This document shows positions 28,272 to 32,000 of a stretch of DNA of 32,000 bases, one piece after another. The notes beneath the pieces were generated by a model that was given only the letters and a program-made list of their open reading frames with translations, ran no database searches and was not told the DNA's origin. The position numbers and the translations under genes are program-made. Within the stretch, counting starts at the first letter, position 1. Every line of letters begins with the position of its first letter. This stretch comes from Dickeya dadantii NCPPB 898 (GTDB taxonomy: Bacteria > Pseudomonadota > Gammaproteobacteria > Enterobacterales > Enterobacteriaceae): positions 2,173,543 through 2,205,542 of the forward strand of contig NZ_CM001976.1 in assembly GCF_000406145.1 (NCBI RefSeq). Reading direction: 5' to 3'.

Positions 28272-29306
28272 TCAGCCAGATTCAGGCTTTTGTATGGCGT
28301 TGTCCTGTTGTATTTGCAGCAGGATGGCCCGGTAAAGCGCTTTAACTCGCGCCAACTGGTGCGGCCCCAGCGCGGCATAATTGTTTAACCCCGGTACGGA
28401 ATTGATTTCGATAATATTCCAGAGTTGCGCACCGGCATCTGTAGATAAGTCATGGCAAATAATATCAACGCCGGCGAGACGAAGCCCTAACGACTCGGTG
28501 GCGGCAATCGCCAGCGCGGCAAAACTGTGGTGAATGGCGTCGGTAATATCCACCGAGGTGCCGCCGGTGGAGAGATTGGCGTTATCCAGCAGAAATGTTT
28601 TTTGCCCCGCCGGCAGAATGGTTTTCCGGTTCAGACCCAGGTCGGCCAGTTTGATATCAATGCGTGGGTCGCGTGGATCAATCTGGCTACTGGGGCGCCC
28701 GTGCAGGGGCAGAGTATGCTGCGTCGCGACCAGCAGTTGCTGGACAGTCTGGTTGCCGTCGCCATAGACCGCCAGCGGAAATCGTTCGTACGCCGAAATA
28801 ACGGTGTCACCCAGCACCACCACCCGGTAATCCCGGCCTTGGCATTCCTGCTCCACCAGCAGCACATCCGTGCGGGAAAAAAGGCGGCGGCAGATGGCCG
28901 ACATCGATTGCATCTCATAAACTTTCGTTACCCCAGCGCCCTGGCTCAGGTTGTTGGGTTTAACAAACACCGGGAGCCCCAGCGACCCGGCAAACTGCGC
29001 GGCGTCTTCAATGCCTCTTCGGTTCTCCCGCGCCAGTTTTTTATTGAGTGCTTTCGAAAAAAATGTTTTCCCTCGCGGTACGTTAAATCCTTTCTTTTGA
29101 AGAAGATATTTGGTGTAGAACTTGTCCTGTGCGATAGCTGAAGAGGCGGAAGGGTTAAGGTTGAGATTGGTGTTTTTAAATAGATGTGTCTTTCCGTCAG
29201 GAAATATTATTTCACCGACGAAGTTGAATTCCGGCTCGAACTCGATCTGAATGCCTAATGTGGGGGCTATTTCTGATAGCAAAGCGGAAACAAAGGGATA
29301 ATTCAT
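28272..29306 (-). CDS. Stand-alone ATP-grasp ligase, cyanophycin-synthetase / GshF-type ATP-grasp-like (344 aa)
   Basis: DKFYTKYLLQKKGFNVPRG, PVFVKPNNLSQGAGV, GRDYRVVVLGDTVISAYERFPLAVYGDGNQTVQQL, NANLSTGGTSVDITDAIHH, LRLAGVDII and IIEINSVPGL follow the ATP-grasp core pattern I recall from CphA and the GshF C-terminal domain. The 5' third and the upstream region are AT-rich. Confidence 0.8.
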   Translation of the reverse strand: MNYPFVSALLSEIAPTLGIQIEFEPEFNFVGEIIFPDGKTHLFKNTNLNLNPSASSAIAQDKFYTKYLLQKKGFNVPRGKTFFSKALNKKLARENRRGIEDAAQFAGSLGLPVFVKPNNLSQGAGVTKVYEMQSMSAICRRLFSRTDVLLVEQECQGRDYRVVVLGDTVISAYERFPLAVYGDGNQTVQQLLVATQHTLPLHGRPSSQIDPRDPRIDIKLADLGLNRKTILPAGQKTFLLDNANLSTGGTSVDITDAIHHSFAALAIAATESLGLRLAGVDIICHDLSTDAGAQLWNIIEINSVPGLNNYAALGPHQLARVKALYRAILLQIQQDNAIQKPESG

Positions 29307-29529
29307 TTTTCATCTCGCTATACAGTGTATTTCCGATAATGACATTGTCTTAGGCGTTATTATCGCAACGAGGAGTGGGAGATGAAATGCACCGGAATAA
29401 AATCAGAGTGGTCTGAGCGAAAATAACGCGAGGTTGAAGTGGTTGGCTGATAAAAAAGACAAATAAAAGAATATCCTCGATAAAAAAATATCTTCGCCAT
29501 TGTATCTTGTGATGAATGGAATAAAACGC

Positions 29530-29560
29530 TTGACCTTCCCGTTACTGGAAGGTGCAGTCT
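29530..29560 (+). promoter_or_regulatory. CueR (MerR-family) operator/promoter of cueO
   Basis: TTGACC TTCCCGTTACTGGAAGGTG CAGTCT: a -35 TTGACC, a 19-bp spacer carrying the dyad ACCTTCC-N7-GGAAGGT, and a -10 hexamer. It is nearly identical to E. coli PcopA (TTGACCTTCCCCTTGCTGGAAGGTTTAACCT) and lies 54 nt upstream of the cueO ATG. Confidence 0.9.
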
Positions 29561-29613
29561 GCCAGTCATCACCAACCTTATTCCCGCATGATATCTGCAT
29601 GGAGGAGAGACGT

Positions 29614-31266
29614 ATGCGTCGCCGCGAGTTTATCAAATTGAGCGCTATGCTGGGAGTATCCAGTCTGCTGCCCTGGTGGAGCCGTTCCGCATGGGCCGCC
29701 GAACGGCCGGCTTTGCCGGTGCCGCCATTGCTGGCGCCGGATGCGGGCGGCAATATCACCCTGAAATTGCAGACCGGCAGCATGCGTTGGCTGCCGGGCA
29801 TGGATACCGCCACCTGGGGCGTTAACGGTGGTTTTTTGGGGCCGGCGTTGCAACTGGAGCAAGGGCAGGCGGTGACCCTCAACGTCACCAATACTCTGCC
29901 TGAAACCACCACGCTGCACTGGCATGGACTGGAGATTCCAGGCGATGCCGATGGCGGCCCGCAGGCGGAGATCGCGCCGGGCAAAACCTGGACCGCGGCG
30001 TTCCGGGTAGCGCAACCAGCGGCGACGGCGTGGTTTCATCCGCATACCCACGGGGTGACCGGTCTTCAGGTAGCGATGGGGCTGGGCGGCCTGATTTTGA
30101 TTCAGGACACCGCCAGCCGGGCGTTGTCGCTGCCGTCGCAGTGGGGCGTGGACGATATTCCGTTGATCCTGCAGGACAAACGTCTGGATGCGAAAGGGCA
30201 GATTGATTACCAGTTGGATGTGATGTCGGCAGCGGTCGGCTGGTTTGGCGAGGTGATGCTGACCAACGGCGCGCGCTATCCGCAGCATGCCGCGCCGCGC
30301 GGGTGGCTGCGCTTGCGGATCCTGAACGGTTGTAACGCGCGATCGCTGACGCTGGCGGCCAGCGACGGCCGAGCGCTGTATGTGATTGGCAGCGATGGCG
30401 GTCTGCTGGCGGAGCCGGTGCAAGTGAGCGCATTGAGCGTGCTGATGGGCGAGCGCTTTGAGGTATTGGTGGATGCGCGTGACGGTAAGGCGTTCGATAT
30501 GGTGACGCTACCGGTTACGCAGATGGGGATGAGCGTGCCGCCGTTTGATCAGCCCGTGCCGGTATTGCGTATTCAGCCAACGCTGCAACCCGGTGCCGGC
30601 ACGTTGCCGGAAACGCTGGCGGCACTGCCGGCGCTGCCGTCAACCTCGGGGCTGAAAACGCGCCAGCTACAGCTGGCGATGGATCCGCAGCTCGACATGT
30701 TGGGCATGCAGGCGCTGATGCAGCGCTATGGCATGCAGGCCATGGCAGGCATGGATATGACGGGGCACGGTGCGATGCAAGGGATGTCGCATGGCGGCGA
30801 GATGAATATGTCATCATCCGCAATGCAGCACGGCGGTATGAACATGAATCATGGCGCCATGAAGCAGGGAGGCATGAACCACGGCGGTATGAACCACCAG
30901 ACAGGGCAGGCGCCGTTGGATATCCTGTCCGGCAACCGCATCAATGGCGTGGCGTTCCAGATGGGGCAGCCGATGTTTGACGTCCGACGCGGCGATGTTG
31001 AGGTGTGGAACATTTCCGGGCAAGGCGACATGATGCTGCATCCCTTTCATATTCACGGCACCCGTTTTCGCATCCTGTCGGAAAATGGCAAACCGCCCGC
31101 CGCACACCGGCGTGGCTGGAAAGACATTGTGCATGTGGAAGGATCGCACAGCGAGGTGCTGGTGCAGTTCAATCATCCGGCGCCGAAAGAGCGGGCATTT
31201 ATGGCGCACTGCCATTTGCTGGAGCATGAAGACACCGGCATGATGATGTCGTTTACCGTATCCTGA
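29614..31266 (+). CDS. cueO: Periplasmic multicopper oxidase (cuprous oxidase) CueO with Tat signal
   Basis: The ATG at 29614 has GGAGGAG upstream. The Tat signal is [28 protein letters not shown]. The copper-site motifs HWHGLE, WFHPH, HPFHIHG and [13 protein letters not shown] are present with a Met/His-rich insert. It is collinear with E. coli CueO. The track's start at 29500 runs through the CueR operator and is rejected. Confidence 0.95.
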   Translation: MRRREFIKLSAMLGVSSLLPWWSRSAWAAERPALPVPPLLAPDAGGNITLKLQTGSMRWLPGMDTATWGVNGGFLGPALQLEQGQAVTLNVTNTLPETTTLHWHGLEIPGDADGGPQAEIAPGKTWTAAFRVAQPAATAWFHPHTHGVTGLQVAMGLGGLILIQDTASRALSLPSQWGVDDIPLILQDKRLDAKGQIDYQLDVMSAAVGWFGEVMLTNGARYPQHAAPRGWLRLRILNGCNARSLTLAASDGRALYVIGSDGGLLAEPVQVSALSVLMGERFEVLVDARDGKAFDMVTLPVTQMGMSVPPFDQPVPVLRIQPTLQPGAGTLPETLAALPALPSTSGLKTRQLQLAMDPQLDMLGMQALMQRYGMQAMAGMDMTGHGAMQGMSHGGEMNMSSSAMQHGGMNMNHGAMKQGGMNHGGMNHQTGQAPLDILSGNRINGVAFQMGQPMFDVRRGDVEVWNISGQGDMMLHPFHIHGTRFRILSENGKPPAAHRRGWKDIVHVEGSHSEVLVQFNHPAPKERAFMAHCHLLEHEDTGMMMSFTVS

Positions 31267-31279
31267 TACCGCCACAAAG

Positions 31280-31327
31280 GCGATGTCCGTGCATTAACGG
31301 CCTTTACGCGCTGGCGTCGGACATCGC
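31280..31327. other. 10-bp inverted repeat bridging the convergent cueO and hxlR-family 3' ends
   Basis: GCGATGTCCG (31280-31289) and CGGACATCGC (31318-31327) are perfect complements separated by 28 nt. The right arm lies inside the regulator's last codons. It could be a convergent-transcript terminator structure, but there is no clear U-tract. Confidence 0.3.
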
Positions 31328-31708
31328 TCTGGCCTGTTCTTCCTGACGTTGATCAAAGACTTCCCGCGCCTGCGCTACCTGCGGCAGGTATTCCACCGTC
31401 CAGCGGTAAAGCGCCCGAAACGGCTCTTTTAGGGTATGCCCGAGCGGCGTGATGTGGTACTCCACCGCAATCGGCGAGAAGGCCAACACCCGGCGTTCCA
31501 CAATGCCGTTGCGTTCCAGCTTTCGCAGACACTGCGTCAGCGCCTTTTGCGTGATGCCTTCCAGGCTGCGCTTGATTTCGTTAAAGCGCAGCGGCTTCTC
31601 ACACAGCGCGCCCAGCACCAGCACCGACCATTTATCGGCGATCTGTTCCAGCAAAAAACGGCTGGGGCAGTTGGCGTGGGAGTAAGGGGATGCGCAAGAT
31701 TTCAGCAT
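31304..31708 (-). CDS. HxlR-family winged-helix transcriptional regulator
   Basis: CPSRFLLEQIADKWSVLVLGAL...PLRFNEIKRSLEGITQKALTQCLRKLERNGIVERRV...VEYHITPLG is the canonical HxlR/DUF24 pattern. The ATG at 31708 has AGGAAA upstream. It is divergent from an OYE-family reductase, which is a common pairing. Confidence 0.88.
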   Translation of the reverse strand: MLKSCASPYSHANCPSRFLLEQIADKWSVLVLGALCEKPLRFNEIKRSLEGITQKALTQCLRKLERNGIVERRVLAFSPIAVEYHITPLGHTLKEPFRALYRWTVEYLPQVAQAREVFDQRQEEQARAMSDASA

Positions 31709-31723
31709 GGTGGTTTCCTGTAG

Positions 31724-31736
31724 GCTACCTGGTAGC
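31724..31736. promoter_or_regulatory. Candidate operator palindrome in the hxlR-family/OYE divergent region
   Basis: The perfect palindrome GCTACC-T-GGTAGC lies 16-28 bp upstream of the regulator start codon. Confidence 0.3.
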
Positions 31737-31808
31737 ATTTATGTGCCTGATTGACACCCGGTTTACATTGTATACCATCACGGATTCATGCCCAAGGAGA
31801 TGAATCAC

Positions 31809-32000
31809 ATGGCCAATACTGATGTTCTGTTCCGTCCTTTTACGCTGAAAACACTGGAATTAAAAAACCGTATTGTGATGGCGCCGATGACCCGCAGCTT
31901 CGCACCTGAGGGTATTCCGGGCGATGATATTGCCGCCTATTACCGCCGCCGGGCGGAGGGCGAGGTGGGGTTGATTCTGTCGGAAGGCACCGTGGTGGAT
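31809..32000 (+). CDS. NADH:flavin oxidoreductase, Old Yellow Enzyme family (N-terminal 64 codons; continues past the window end)
   Basis: The ATG at 31809 has AAGGAG 10 nt upstream. My own translation gives MANTDVLFRPFTLKTLELKNRIVMAPMTRSFAPEGIPGDDIAAYYRRRAEGEVGLILSEGTVVD, which is the typical OYE N-terminus (F.P..L....L.NRIVMAPMTR). The ORF is absent from the track because it runs off the window. Confidence 0.85.
   Translation, partial: MANTDVLFRPFTLKTLELKNRIVMAPMTRSFAPEGIPGDDIAAYYRRRAEGEVGLILSEGTVVD

Noticed and set aside
25019-29613. Classical genomic island, prophage or transposon interpretation of the mukB-cueO patch
   Set aside because: I saw no integrase, transposase, tRNA/tmRNA target, phage genes or flanking long direct repeats. 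Only compositional and synteny arguments remain, so I describe it as an accessory patch rather than a mobile element.
29403-30433. Minus-strand ORFs 29403-29984, 29578-30423 and 29885-30433 opposite cueO, and the track's long cueO start at 29500
   Set aside because: These are antisense shadows of cueO. The 29500 start would translate through the CueR operator and precede the Tat signal, and the ATG at 29614 with GGAGGAG is the conserved start.

Overview
This looks like an Enterobacterales chromosome segment. Gene content and order suggest a soft-rot Pectobacteriaceae (Dickeya-like) genome, but that is my inference and is unverified. Most of the window is conserved housekeeping backbone. It runs from the tail of a citrate-lyase cluster (citF-citX-citG) through ycgR, plaP, sbcB and yeeX. 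Next comes comEC-msbA-lpxK-ycaR-kdsB ... ycbJ-elyC-cmoM-mukF-mukE-mukB, which is collinear with E. coli K-12 as I remember it. The window ends with cueO behind a textbook CueR operator and a divergent HxlR-regulator / OYE flavin-oxidoreductase pair. Two places break the conserved order. (i) A secreted PL9-family pectate-lyase-like gene, with its own AT-rich upstream region and terminator, sits between kdsB and ycbJ. (ii) A patch of about 4.5 kb between mukB and cueO looks less GC-rich by eye. It holds a 480-aa orphan protein I cannot assign to any family, a PuuB/PauB-like FAD amine oxidase, and a convergent cyanophycin-synthetase/GshF-like stand-alone ATP-grasp ligase. That patch is the best candidate here for something undescribed, but I cannot show from sequence alone that the three genes act together. 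Smaller oddities are an in-frame 4 x 18-bp tandem repeat giving CmoM a (HVMAHK)4 tail just before mukF, perfect 16-bp and 17-bp tandem duplications in two intergenic regions, an exact 10-mer repeated 100 bp apart at the stop codons of the convergent oxidase and ATP-grasp genes, and an intrinsic terminator that abuts the nominal oxidase start codon. I saw no rRNA, tRNA, CRISPR array, transposase or integrase. Most long ORFs in the track on the strand opposite the called genes are antisense shadows of GC-rich genes. All homology statements come from memory of reference proteins, not from searches.
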